This document shows, piece by piece, positions 1 to 13,800 of a DNA stretch of 61,508 bases; position 1 is the stretch's first letter; every line of letters begins with the position of its first letter. The notes under the pieces are model-generated. The model made no database searches. It saw nothing but the letters and a program-made list of their open reading frames with translations, and was not told the DNA's origin. Position numbers and translations under genes: made by a program. Source of the DNA: Chiloscyllium plagiosum (taxonomy: Eukaryota); the NCBI RefSeq assembly GCF_004010195.1, contig NC_057719.1:12439448-12500955 (forward strand), in the 5' to 3' direction.

Positions 1-1005
1 ACTGACGCAAAGTACTTGTTAAGTTCTCCTGCTATTTCCTTATCTCCCATCACTAGGCTTCCTGCATCAGTTTGAAGTGGCCCAATGTCTACTTTTGCCT
101 GTCGTTTGTTTCTTATGTATTGAAAGAAACTTTTACTATCATTTCTAATATTACTGGCTAGCCTACCTTCATATTTGATCCTCTCCTTCCTTATTTCTCT
201 TTGTTATCCTCTGTTTGTTTTTGTAGCCTTCCCAATCTTCTGATTTCCCAGTGCTCTTGACCACTTTATAGAATCTCTCTTTTTCTTTAATACGTTTCCT
301 GACTTCCTTTGTTAGCCATGGCTGTCTAATCCCTCCCTGGATAATCTTTCTGTTCTTGGGGGATGAACCTCTGTACAGTGTCCTCAATTATACCCACAAA
401 CTCCTGCCATTTTTGCTCCACTGTCTTCCCCGCTAGGCTCTGCTTCCAGTCTATTTTCGTCAGTTCCTCTTTCATGCCCTCATAATTACCTTTATTTAAC
501 TGTAACACCATTACATCCGATTTTGCCTTCTCTCTTTCACTCTGCAGACTGAACTCTACCATATTATGATCACTGCTTCCTAAGTGTTCCCTTACTTTAA
601 GATTTTTTTAATGTCTGGTTCACTACATAGCACTAGGTCCAGAATAGCCTGCTCCCTCGTGGGCTCCATGACAAGCTGTTCCAAAAAGCCATCCTGTAAG
701 CATTCCATGAATTCCTTTTCTTTGGATCCACTGGCAACATTATTTACCCAGTCCACCTGCATATTGAAGTCTCCCATGATCACCGTGACCTTGCCTTTCT
801 GGCATGCCTTCTGTATTTCCCGGTACATGTTGCGCCCCTCGTCTTGACCACTGTTAGGAGGTCTGTACATAACTCCCACTATGGTTTTTTTGCCTTTGTG
901 GTTCCTCAATTCCACCCACACAGACTCCACATCATCTGACGCTATGTCATTCAGTGCCATAGTTTTAATTTTGTTCTTAACTAACCAGGCAACCCCGCCC
1001 CCTCT
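1..1005 (-). mobile_element. CR1-type LINE ORF2 fragment (endonuclease region)
   Basis: ESVWVELR...GVMYRPP...MGDFN...EQAILDLVL; closely similar to 25060-25900. Confidence 0.88.
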
Positions 1006-1007
1006 AT

Positions 1008-1258
1008 AAGATTGTTAAGTCTGAACAAACAATCCAGGTCTTTTTCAATATAACATTTCAGTTACATCACACTGTAAACTTTTGCTATAAATTCCGTGTC
1101 TTACAATCTCATACTCCACAACCACCTGATGAAAGAGAGGTGCGCCGAAAGCTAGTGCTTTCAAATAAAGCTGTTGGACTATAACCTGGTGTTGTGGGAT
1201 TTTTAACTTTGTACATCCTTTGTACACCCGAGTCCAACACCGGCACCTCCAAATCCTC
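1008..1258 (+). mobile_element. PLE-terminus-type short element, family D, with hammerhead-like motif
   Basis: cacCTGATGA...GAAAGCTAgtg at 1123-1157; same family at 30395, 57243 and 58660. Confidence 0.65.
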
Positions 1259-1324
1259 AGTAATCAAAAAAGTCTGTAGAAAAAGTGAAACACTGGGTGT
1301 CATAAAAAGTTATCTGGTTTAAGT

Positions 1325-1545
1325 AGGTAAAAACAATGACTGCAGATGCTGGAAACCAGAGTCTAGATTAGAGTGGTGCTGGAAAAGCACAGCAATTCAG
1401 GCAGCATCCAAGGAGCAGTAAAATCGACGTTTCGGGCAAAAGCCCTTCATCAGGAATTCCTGATGAAGGGCTTTTGCCCGAAACATCAACTTTACTGCTC
1501 CTCGGATGCTGCCTGAATTGCTGTGCTTTTCCAGCACCACTCCTA
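1325..1545. mobile_element. Palindromic PLE-terminus element, family A
   Basis: Inverted arms around GAATTC (1454-1459), two hammerhead motifs, flanking duplication TATCTGGTTTAAGT. Confidence 0.8.
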
Positions 1546-1750
1546 TCTGGTTTAAGTGTCCATTAGGGAAGGAAATCTGCTATCCTAATCTGATATGGCC
1601 TGTGTGACTCCAAACTCTCAGCAATATGATGAACTTATGGTTATCTTATAAAGTGGCTCAGCAGGCTGCTCAATTTTATTCAGGAAGGAAACTTACCAAC
1701 TATGAGAGTTACTAATGAGAGTTTCTGTTTAATTTCTAATTTTGATTTAC

Positions 1751-1878
1751 CTGACAGCTGAGTGCCTTTTCCTTGCAGCATCTGTTGTGTAGGTAGGAAG
1801 TGTATCAGAAGATAGTGAATGAATGCCACTGAAAGAATTGTTTTCATTCAAATGAGTCTTAACTTTCTGATGAGAATC
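1751..1878 (-). CDS. FAM161B: FAM161B exon
   Basis: aacag|GAT TCT...GTC AG|gtaaat; SFSGIHSLSSDTLPTYTTDAARKRHSAVR. Confidence 0.88.
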
Positions 1879-4800
1879 CTGTTAATGTAACAGCAGAGTA
1901 ACCATTTTATGTTTGAAAAGAGTTATGCAATATCATAATTATTTAACACAAGAATTGTATAATGATATAACCCTTTTTAATGTGAAATAAAGTCAAATTA
2001 TTGCACTTACACTAAAGTTAGGTAATTAAGTTGTTAAATGCATGTTAGTTACACCAAAAGGAGCCCAAGTATGCAATTGAGGGCTTCATTTTCACTCAGT
2101 CACCATCAGAACCATAATATTTGATTAGTGTTTACTGCGATAATTCAAAATAATTTTCTATTTTAATAAATCCATGAATGATCCATTAATTTAAATGAAG
2201 CCATCTAACTAACACAGAATAATAGTATAAAAATATTGATTTAAATGATTTGGATGAATTGGGTTTGTACTAAGAATAGGCTTCTTGCAAGTTGGTTTCT
2301 GGTGATAGGGTATGGTGACGAGATTACAGGTATCTAAGAGACATTTCTAGCCAAGCACACACACACAACCTGTGCTGGAAGGTGGTCACTGTTGCTAGAT
2401 ATTTTGCCTTCTCTTTCCTCAATGCCAGGATCAAAGAGCAAAGTTATGCTGTTGCTGCTCAAGACTCTCAATGCCATGGGTACTGGACACACATTAGCAT
2501 TATTTCAAAAGTGTATTGAGTCTGTTCCATGCTGTGCTTAACAGAATTACCACTAAGCAATCTGTATGATCCACAGGGTAAATCTTGATATCGATATCTC
2601 CAACCATGAATAGCTAACTCAGTACAGGTCACATATTGAACCTAGACCTTGGATACAACCTCAGATAGAACATGGAACTGCTTGATGCTGACTTTAAAAA
2701 AGTACAAACTCTGCTTCATACTTATAAACTGATAAACTTCAGCAACTCAAACAAGTTTTCTCACTAGAGGTGCGCTCTACAGCCAACTCTATGTTACATT
2801 TGTAGTCTGGAATAGCTTAGTTGGCTGGACAGATAGTTGCCATCCAGAGTGACTCCAACAGCATGGGTTCAATTCCTGCACCAGTTGAAATTACCTTGAA
2901 GAACTGTTCTTCTCAATATCTCCCCTCAGGTGTTATGACCCTCAGGTAAAGCCAATACTAGATGTCTGCCTAAATGAGACAGCAGCCCTATGATCTGGGA
3001 AGACCATGGAGATTTTACCTTTACCTGAAATCGTTAAGTGTAAATATGTCATACACATATAATTTATATATTTATGTATACCTGAAAGTACTGGAAAGGT
3101 GCAAGTGGTACCTTAAGATCATCCAAATCCAGTGGCAAGAAAGATGATCCAACAGCAGCATCCTCTCCAAAGCCAAACAGTCCAACATTAAGGCGTTACT
3201 TACACAAAGCCAGTTTTAGTTTGCGTGCCCCACTCCTGTAGCAACTGCTCAATTTGGAACTTGGTCACAGAGATGACTCACAGGACGACAGCAAAAACAT
3301 TTCAGGGATGTCCTTAAAGCATCTGCTAAGAGCTCAAGTATCCCTGTCAACTCATGGGAGTCTCTGGTTTGTGACCAACCTAAATACAGAAAATTTGTTT
3401 GGGAAGCACGCAACACATCTAGAAACTTCATTGGGAATGCGTAAAAGCTAAGTTAATTCGTTGGAGGAATTGTACTTCCCTCCGAACACCTCAATTTCCC
3501 AACCCTTCAAGCACTGGCTGCTCTGTGTTGCAGTATTCATAGTGGGTTGTGTGATGGCCGATAAGTCTAATGAACCAGAATGAAAGCAATTCACCTCAAT
3601 CCCAGGGGACTGCAAAAGAAGAGAATGACCTGTAAGTAAATTCCCAATGATAAAACTTCAGCATGTTCCCTGCTCTTCTGTTGCAGTTTCAGTGGAAATT
3701 AGGAGGAATCCCTTGAGAAATGGCATAGTCATAAACGACAAGTAATCTGCTCTGCCAGATTATAGCTCAGTAAGTGAAGATGAAGATCCACCCCCCATAT
3801 ATCTAGATTGGGATTTCTGGAATGTATTTGGCTGTTGATATTAATATACTTCAGTTTTGAGAGGAACTTCGAACCTGTGGCATTGCAGTGAAAAGCTTAC
3901 CTTTGATACAACTTCACTTGTGTTGCTTTGCCGTGGTGCTAGTTTTGATGTATGAAGTTCAAAGGGCACACATTTGGTCGGCTCCTTCACCTGCTCCTTT
4001 CTTCTCGCTTCTCTTTGAAAAGCTTTGTAGAGTTTTACATAATCAGGAACGTCTGGATTTATCCTCGGCTTGAACTTTGGTTCATCTTCCAGGAATCCCA
4101 GCTTTTCCTCTCTGGTTTTCATAGAGCTTGATCTAGCCAGCTCCTTTTTGTAAGGATGAAGATTTATAGGTGAAGAAGCACTTTTGAGTAAATCTGCAGC
4201 TCGCATCTGTATGCGGATCTTTCTGAACAGCTCCTCTTCTTTAATAGAGAAACAGGAAAAAAGTCTGCATTTTAATAAACGTATACTTAGCAATACACTT
4301 GCTAGTATCTATCGGTGATATCATAGCATTGAAAAGATAAGCAAAATTCAGACACTGCACAACTGGAATCTCAGCTGTGCTATTATGAAGAGTTGCTAAG
4401 CATAGACCTAGTCTGCCATTAGGAATAATTCTGAAATAGGAATTACTTTAAGTGCCAGCATGGATCTGACACATGTAATTGAAAATCAAATAAATAGGTG
4501 TGTTTTGGAACATGTATGACATTCAACAACTACATGCCTCAAAGATCAGCAAGGCGGCCTTTGTGTGGAGCCACAAAAAAATGGGGGAGATACTAAATGA
4601 GTATTTTGCATTAGTATTCACTGTGGAAAAGGATATGGAAGATATAGACTGTAGGGAAATAGAAAGTGACATCTTGCAATATGCCCAGATTAAAGAAGAG
4701 GAAGTGCTGGATGTCTTGAAACGGTTAAAGGTGGATAAATCCCCAGGACCTGATCAGGTGTACCCGAGAACTCTGTGGAAATCCAGAGAAATGATTATTG

Positions 4801-7800
4801 GGCCTCTTGCTGAGATATTTGGATCATCGATAGTCACAGGTGAGGTGCCGGAAGAATGGAAATTGGCTAACGTGGTGCCACTGTTTAAGGGCAGTAAAGA
4901 CAAGTCAGGAAAATATAGACCGGAGAGCCTGACCTCAGTGGTGGGCAAGTTGTTGGAGGGAATCCTGAGGGACAGGATGTACATGTATTTGGAAAGGCAA
5001 GGACTGATACAGGAAAGCCACACACACAGACCAAGTCCTAAACTACGAAAGCAACCACCCCAAAACACACACAAGAAGTTGCATCAAGACACTGTTCAAA
5101 GGGCCACAACACACTGCAGTACACCAGAACTGCAAAAAGAGGAAGAAGAACACCTATACAATGTATTTGCCAAAAATGGATACCCCCGCAATTTCATCAA
5201 CAGATGCCTAAGGGAAAGACAACGGAATGAGGACATGCCACAACCCAAAGGACTAGCCACACTACCATACATCAAAAACATTTCTGAACTGACAGCCAGA
5301 CTACTGCGACCACTAGGACTCAGAACAGCACACAAACCAACAGCCACACTCAGACAACAACTCACCAGGACGAAGGACCCGATACCCAACATGAGCAAAA
5401 CCAATGTAGTGTACAAATCCCATGCAAGGACTGCACAAAACACTACATAGGACAAACAGGAAGACAGCTAACAATCCGCATACATGAACACCAACTAGCC
5501 ATGAAACGACATGACCAGCTATCCGTAGTAGCCACACACTCAGATGACAAGCAACATGAGTTCGACTGGGACAACACTACTATTATAGGACAAGCCAAAC
5601 AGAGAACAGCCAGGGAATTCCTAGAGGCATGGCACTCATCCACAGATTCAATCAATAAGCACATTGACTGGACCGAATATACCGACCACTGCAGCGGACA
5701 GCTGGAATGGACAACCGGAAGCGGCAGGTACAAATCACTATAAATGCTGGAGGAAACATCATAGAAGCGCTTCACAGGAGGCTCCCAAACACTGAGAATG
5801 TCACCTAGAGAGGAGACGAAACGTTTGCAACACAAATTCCCAGCTCGGCGAACAGAACCACAACAAATAGACAAAGTCTTTTCCCTGGGATCAAGGAGTC
5901 CAGAACTAGAAGGCATCTTTTCCCTGGGATCAAGGAGTCCAGAACTAGAAGGCATAGGTTTAGGGTGAGAGGGGAAAGATATAAAAGAGACCTAAGGGGC
6001 AACTTTTTCACGCAGAGGGTGGTGCGTGTATGGAATGAGCTGCCAGAGGATGTGGTGGAGGCTGGTACAATTGCAACATTTAAGATGGGTATATGAATAG
6101 GAAGAGTTTGGAGGGATATGGGTCGGGTGCTGGCAGATGGGACTAGATTGGGTTGGGATATCTGGTTGGGGTGGACAAGTTGGACCCAAGGGTCTGTTTC
6201 CATGCTGTACACCTCTATGACTATGACATGCAATAGGCAGCATGTTAGTTTGTTCTCAGGATTTCTATGACAAATATCCTCTCTTGTACACTGGAAGAGT
6301 CAGGACCAGAAACAAAAACGCAATGAAGAGAAAATAAATAGATTTCCTATCCCCACTTCTGCCATTAACTGCTCTCAAGGCAGCATAGGCAGATGCCAGA
6401 GATCAGGTTACTATTCCATCTGGAGATGGGGAATTCTGTTTTAGTTCCTATGTGTAGCGTGGTCTGAATACTTCAGCACAATGCAATACATATTTACAAT
6501 GACTAGTCTATAATCAGTTACTCAGCTTACCTTTTAGCTTCACGCTTACTGTTGGATCTTTAACAGACAGTGGAATTTTCTTTATCGGTTTTGCCTTCTT
6601 CACCGTTTCTGGTATGACTTCACTGATCTGTAGTTTCAACTTCTCATTCTCTTTTTTCTCCTCCTCTTCCTTCTCAGTAAAACTGAATGGTTTCTGTGTG
6701 GACATCAGGAATTCTTTCCGCTTCTCTCGTCCTCTTCTTCTCCTTTCCTCATTCTGTTCATTCATTTCTTCATAAAGTTGAAGATAAACATGAGCTGGTA
6801 CAGGAAGAGCCCGGAATTTCTTCTGGCATTCTGTCACTTCCCAGTCCTGTGTTTCCAATTGCTCCTTCTCTATTTCCAGCAATAGTCTGGATCTGAGAAG
6901 CTGAATTTTCTTTTGACTTTCCCGCATCGTCATGTCAAATGGCTGAGGAACTGCAAAGAAATATTTAGTAAGAAAGTACATGCACAACGTGGTGCTACGC
7001 AGGTTCTTTACAAGATGTTAAAACATCCATAAATTTGATGCATTCAATTCCACTGTTCCTAATTACTTACAGCACAAATCAGCCATTTAGCCCAACTGAT
7101 CCATGAAAGTCACTTGGCTCCATAAGAGCTACAACCCACTTTTTCATTATCTCACTCTATTAACATATCCTTATTTTTCCTTCCCCCTCGTACTTGTCTA
7201 GGATTTCCTTAAAAGCAGTGATTTTACCTAGCTCAACCACTCACTGTGGTAGCAAATCCATATTCTAACCATTTTAAGTAAAGAAATTGTTCATAGGTGC
7301 CCTAAGCTTACACCACCATTCAATAATATTATGGTTAATTTTCTGTATCAACTCCACTTTTCTGCTAACTCCTCATATAGCAAGGTTCCCTCAGCAAACA
7401 AACGTTTGTCTATCTCAGCTCTGAATATATTCAGTAATGGAGGTTTGGGTCGAGAATTTGAAAGAAAAAGTGAAAAGATTTCTCCTCAGCCCATTTCTAA
7501 TTATCAACTTCTTATCCTGAGATCCATGTTCTATATTGTCCTGTCAAGGAATATGACCAGTTTACAATCTTTGCATATTTTTCTGGTTCCAAGATAAATA
7601 TTTTCTAAAGCAGAGTAGTTTTCCACTTTGGATATCAAATGCACTCAGATTAGTTATAATATGGGTCACATACAAAGTCATTTTTCTTCTTACCTGCCAC
7701 AACAACCAGCATACTCAGGAGAATGCCCTGTGAGCTAATGTGAATTATACATTTCATCATCTCAACCACCTTTATCTTCCTTTTTAAAAGGTTTGTGTAA

Positions 7801-10800
7801 TTACTGCACTGTCTATCACCCATTATATGGGAGAGATGGGTGTTTTATAATTTTCATCTTTGTTTTAATATTACAAACAAGTCAGCTTGGAGAGTTGTTG
7901 GAGTGGTCAAATCATTGTTCCTCAATAAGTTTCCATTGAAAGCTTCAGAGTTTGTAGTTCTCTTGATTTCATTACTGGATAGATCAACAAAATGCACTCC
8001 AAGCTCACCAAAGTTCCTTTAGCATTTTCCAAATTTCAAACCTGTACAACTTAGAAAATCATATGGAACCACCATAATCTAAGAGTTCCCCTTCAAGCCA
8101 CAAACCATCCTGACCTGGAACTATAATGTTGTTCATCCACTATCATTGTGTCAAGGATCTGGAATTCCCTTCCAAACAGCTGTACGGACTGCAGCTAATC
8201 AAGAGGTTGGCTCACTCATGCTATCTCAAGACCAATAAATGAATAGATAATACATGCATGCCTTGCTAGTGAGGTTAATATCACATGAAATAAAATTAGT
8301 TGTGCATTCTTAAACAAAAGTCTTTCACAGAGAAAATGATCTTTACCACTCTTTTTTTGAGTGTCTACTGCCACATCTTGCTTGTACATTCCTACAGCTG
8401 GCAGAGATTAAAGTAGTATCAGTCATTTAGAAGCCGCAGGTCTAGGTAGGATGGAGGTACAGAGGTATCTCAGAGTACAAATATATTATTGCAAAGCGTT
8501 GTGCCACTGGTTATCAAAGCAAATTAAATAAATGAGCATAAGACCNNNNNNNNNNNNNNNNNNNNNNNNNNNNNNNNNNNNNNNNNNNNNNNNNNNNNNN
8601 NNNNNNNNNNNNNNNNNNNNNNNNNNNNNNNNNNNNNNNNNNNNNNNNNNNNNNNNNNNNNNNNNNNNNNNNNNNNNNNNNNNNNNNNNNNNNNNNNNNN
8701 NNNNNNNNNNNNNNNNNNNNNNNNNNNNNNNNNNNNNNNNNNNNNNNNNNNNNNNNNNNNNNNNNNNNNNNNNNNNNNNNNNNNNNNNNNNNNNNNNNNN
8801 NNNNNNNNNNNNNNNNNNNNNNNNNNNNNNNNNNNNNNNNNNNNNNNNNNNNNNNNNNNNNNNNNNNNNNNNNNNNNNNNNNNNNNNNNNNNNNNNNNNN
8901 NNNNNNNNNNNNNNNNNNNNNNNNNNNNNNNNNNNNNNNNNNNNNNNNNNNNNNNNNNNNNNNNNNNNNNNNNNNNNNNNNNNNNNNNNNNNNNNNNNNN
9001 NNNNNNNNNNNNNNNNNNNNNNNNNNNNNNNNNNNNNNNNNNNNNCATATTGCCTGTCACACCCCCTTAGAATCTTACACATTTCAATTAGGTTACTTTA
9101 CTCAACCTTTACTCATAATACCATCCCTCAATTAACATAATGAACCTTCTCTGGACTGCCACCAATGCCAATACACCTTTCCTGAGAGAAGAGAAGGACT
9201 GTTTGAAGTATTCTCAGTGTGGTCCAACTAGTGTCTTGTATTGCTTTAACAAGACTTCTCTATTTCTATAGTTGAAAAATGTGGTGCTGGAAAAACACAG
9301 CAGGACCGGCAGCATCCGAGGAGCAGGAGAATCGACGTTTCTAAAGCTCTATTCTATATTTCTCTATACGTCTCTATTTCTATAGCTCATTCCCTTTGAA
9401 ATAAAGGCCAGCATTCCATTTGCTTTCTCACGAGTGTCTGAACTTGTACGCTAACTTTTTGTTTTGTGGTTTATGTGCAATTATCCTGAACTCCTTCAGC
9501 TTTCAGCAGTTTTTCTCCATTTAAATGATATTCAGTGCCACTATTCTTCCTGCCAAAGTGCATAATCTCACATTTTTCCACAGTACATTCCATAAAATTT
9601 AGACCAGAGAGAGTTTAGATTCTAAGCTTAAAGTATTTTGAGCAGTTCTGGTCACCATATTACAAAACATGGCAATTGAAAGGGTGCAGTTAAAATTTAC
9701 AAGAGTTAAACCAGAAATGTGCTGGTATACATATTAGAAAGGATTAACAGGCTGGGTCTCCTTCTATCTTGAAAACAATGAGAGACAGATGGATGGCCAA
9801 ATGGAGGTGATCAATATTACAAACATTTTGATAGCGTGGATATGGAAAGAATTTTCCTTGACCTGAATCTTGCTATTTCAGACAATATAAAACAGTTACT
9901 AAGAGACACAAAAGTGAAACCAAAAAAAGACTTGATCCAAGAAACGGTAAGCATGTGGAACTCTCAAACGCAGAACATAGTTGAAGCAAAAAAGTGTAGA
10001 TGTATTCAATGGCAAGAGAGAGGGGCATTTAAAAAAGGGAATGAATTGAGGGTAGAATGATTTTTTTTTAAAATTCACTTGTGGGATGTGCACATCACTG
10101 GCTAGCCAGTACTTATTGCCCGCCCTTAGTTGCCCTTGAAAGATGAGGTGCTAAGCTTTCTTTTTGAACTGCTGGAGTCCACATACAAGCTCACCCACAA
10201 TGCCCTTGGGAATTCCAGGAGTTTGACTCTGTCACAGTAAAGAAAACATATTTCCAAGTTAGAATGGTAAGCAGCTTGGAGGAGAACTTTCAGGTGGTGG
10301 TGTGTTTACACATCTGCTGCCCTGGTCTTTCTAGATGGAAAAGGTCTTGGGTTTGGAAGGCACTGTTTAAGGATCTTTGGAGAATTTCTGCAATGCATCT
10401 TGCAGATAGTATACACTGCTGCTAGTGAACATTGGTGGTAGGAGAAGTGGATATTTGTGGATATGGTGACAGTCAAGTGGGCTACTTTGTCCTGGACGAT
10501 TGAATGTTATTGGAGCTGCATCCATTGAGGCAAGTGGGGTGAATTTCATCACATTCCTGACTTGTACCTTGTAGAATGTGGGGACAGGCTTTGGGAAGTC
10601 AGGAGGGGAGTTACTCACCACAGTATTCCTAGCTTCTGACCTGATCTTGTAGCCACTGTTTATGCGACGAGTCCAGTTGAATTGCTGGTCAATGATAATG
10701 TCAAAGATGTTGATAGTGGGAGATTCAGTGTTAGTAACATCACAATGTCGATGCGCAGTGGTTTGACTGTCTCTTATTAGAAATTGACATTGCCTTGCAT

Positions 10801-13800
10801 TTGGGTAGTGTGAATGTCACTTGCCACCGGACAGCCCAAGCTTGGATACTAGCCAGATCTTACTGCATTTGAATATAGACTGCTTCAGTATTTCAGCAGT
10901 CACCAATAGGGCTGCATATTACAGAATCATCTGCAAACATCCCCATTTCTGACTTTATGATGGAGCAAAAGCAATTGATGGAACAGCTGAAGATGTATGG
11001 GCCTAGGACTTGACACTAAGGAACTCCTGCAGAAATGGCCTGAAGCTGAGATCACTGACCTCTAACAACCATGACCATCTTCCTATGTGCCAGGTGTGAC
11101 TCCAACCAGTGGAGAGTTTGCCCCAATATGCAATAATTCCAGTTTTGCTAGGGTTCCTTGATGCCATACTCAGTTGAATACAGCCTTGATGTCAAGGCAA
11201 AAGTGATGCACAGAAAACCTTCTTCACTAAGATTACAAAGGGGTTTTTCATCAAATAGGTTAATGGGCTGAAAAATGGCAGATGGAGTTCAATCTGGATA
11301 AATGAGAAGTATTGCATTTTGGCTTATATAATTAAATGTAGGGGGTAGTGTTGGAGAACAGAGGGATCTAGGGGTGCAGGTACATAATTATTTGAACTTT
11401 GCATCACATATAGACAAGATGGTTAAAAAGGCAATTGGCATGGTTGCCTTCATTGCTCAGACCTTTGAGTATAGGAGTTGTGAAGTCACATTGAGGTTGT
11501 ACAGGACGTTGGTGAGGCCTCTTCTGGAATACTGTGTCCAATTCTGGTCATCCAGTTATAGGAATGAATTAATCAAACTGAACAGGGTTCAGAAGAGATT
11601 CTCCAGGATGTTGCCAATATGAAAGGTTCAAGTTATAAAGAAAGGCTGGAATGGCTAAGACTTTCTTTACGGAGCATAGGAAGTTGAGAGGTGACACGAT
11701 AAAAGTTTCTAAAATAATGAGAGGCATAGATAGAGTTAATGGGATGGGAAATTTCAAGACTAGGGGTACATTTTCAAGATGAGAGGAGAGAGATCTATAG
11801 AAGACATAAGGCAAATCTTTACAAAGTGGTTTGCGGGTGGAATGGGGGAGGCAGTGGCCTAGTGCTATTATCACTGGACTGTTGTTAATCCAGAGACCCA
11901 GATAATGTTCTAGGGACCTGGGTTCAAATCTGCCACGGTGGATGGTGGAATTAGAATTCAATAAACATCTGGATTTAAGAATCTAATGATGACCATGAAT
12001 CCATAATTGATTGTCGGAAAAACCCATCTGGTTCACTAACATCCTTTAGGAAAGGAAACTGCCATCCTAAGCGTGTCAGGCCTACATGTGATGCCAGACC
12101 CACAGCAATGTGGTTGATTCTTAACGGCCTTCTGGTCAATTAGGGATAGGCAATAAATGCTGCTTGGTAAAAACAAAGACTGCAGATGCTGGAAACCAGA
12201 GTCTAGATTAGAGTGGTGCTGGAAAAGCACAGTAGGTCAGGCAGCATCCGAGGAGCAGGAAAATCAACGTTTCGGGCAAAAGCCCTTTATCAGGAATAGA
12301 GGCAGGGAGCCTGCAGGGTGGAGAGATAAATGAGAGGGGGGGGGGGGAGAAAGTAGCATAGANNNNNNNNNNNNNNNNNNNNNNNNNNNNNNNNNNNNNN
12401 NNNNNNNNNNNNNNNNNNNNNNNNNNNNNNNNNNNNNNNNNNNNNNNNNNNNNNNNNNNNNNNNNNNNNNNNNNNNNNNNNNNNNNNNNNNNNNNNNNNN
12501 NNNNNNNNNNNNNNNNNNNNNNNNNNNNNNNNNNNNNNNNNNNNNNNNNNNNNNNNNNNNNNNNNNNNNNNNNNNNNNNNNNNNNNNNNNNNNNNNNNNN
12601 NNNNNNNNNNNNNNNNNNNNNNNNNNNNNNNNNNNNNNNGAGCTGGAAGTTTTTGTTGCAAACCTTTCGTCCCCTGGCTGGGCGACATCATCAGTGCTTG
12701 GGAGCCTCCTGCGAAGCGCTTCTTTGATGTTTCCTCCGGTGTTTATAGTGGTCTGTCCCTGCCGCTTCTGGTTGTCAGTTTCAGCTGTCCGCTGTAGTGG
12801 TTGGTATATTGGGTCCAGGTCTATGTGTTTGTTGATGGAGTTTGTGGATGAATGCCATGCCTCTAGGAATTCCCTGGCTGTTCTTTGTCTGGCTTGCCCT
12901 ATGATAGTAATTTTGTCCCAGTCGAATTCATGTTGCTTGTTGTCTGCGTGTGTGGCTACTAAGGATAGCTGTTCGTGTCGTTTTGTGGCTAGTTGATGTT
13001 CATGTATGCGGATTGTTAGCTGTCTTCCTGTTTGTCCTATATAGTGTTTAGTGCAGTCCTTGCATGGTATTTTGTACACTACATTCGTCTTGCTCATGTT
13101 GGGTATCGGTTCCTTCGTTCTGGTGAGTTGTTGTCTGAGCGTGGCTGTTGAAACTGACAACCGGAAGCGGCAGGGACAGACCACTATAAACACCGGAGGA
13201 AACATCAAAGAAGCGCTTCGCAGGAGGCTCCCAAGCACTGATGATGTCGCCTAGCCAGGGGACGAAACGTTTGCAACAAAAACTTCCAGCTCGACGAACA
13301 GAACCACAACAACGATATCGGTGGATGTGCAGGTGAAACTTTGATGGATGTGGAAGACTCCTTTGGGGCCTAGGATGGAGGTAGTGAGGCCCTCATCCCA
13401 TGAATGAAGGAAGAAATTAACTTACGGAGGAAGTGGTGGATGCTGGTACAATTACAATGGTTAAAAGACATTTGGATAGATACATGTATAAGAAAGGTTT
13501 GGAGGAATATGGGCCAGGAGCAGGCAAGTGCGACTAGTTTAGTTTGGGATTATGTTTGCATGGACTGGTTGGACTGAAAGGTCTGTTTCCGTGCTGTATG
13601 ACTCTAAGACTGTCACTCTCACCTCAAACTTTATTTTCCACTATAAGAAAAGACTATATTTTTTGAAAAACTCAAGTTTGTGAGACATGATTTCCCAAGT
13701 TACAAAGCCAGGCTGAATACCCCTAAGCAGTCCTTGCCTTTCCAAATACATGTATATCCTGTCCCTCAGGATTCCCTCCAAAAAAAAAAAGACTATATTG

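Larger units (their letters stand above)
4560..6225 (+). mobile_element. CR1 LINE fragments (4560-5010, 5865-6225) flanking a PLE
   Basis: KSPGPDQVYPR...ANVVPLFK...SLTSVVGKLLE and CR1 3' UTR ending ctctatgactatg. Confidence 0.85.
11845..13418 (+). mobile_element. tRNA-derived SINE (11845-12165, 13381-13418) interrupted by PLEs
   Basis: A box gcagtggcctagtg, B box gggttcaaatc; tail gggataggcaataaatgctg...catcccatgaatga. Confidence 0.7.
11260..13610 (+). mobile_element. CR1 LINE (11260-11844, 13419-13610) split by nested SINE and PLEs
   Basis: LYRTLVRPLLEYCVQFW; sequence breaks at ggaatg and resumes at aacttacggaggaagtgg. Confidence 0.8.

Noticed and set aside
1325..1545. MITE/DNA transposon or miRNA interpretation of the palindromes
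   Set aside because: Arms are unequal, solo copies exist and the sequence matches PLE-type termini; a fold-back retro-insertion explains it better.
3440..3630. Possible extra FAM161B exon (acceptor ttttgcag near 3610, ~50 open codons)
   Set aside because: No similarity to FAM161B that I recognise and no convincing donor; the flanking exons already splice in phase.
4500..5450. 316-aa ORF as a novel gene
   Set aside because: Chance in-frame junction of CR1 and Penelope fragments; no intact domain.
8486..9140. Long ORFs with X runs
   Set aside because: Assembly gap; the same applies to 12363-12639 and 29612-29800.
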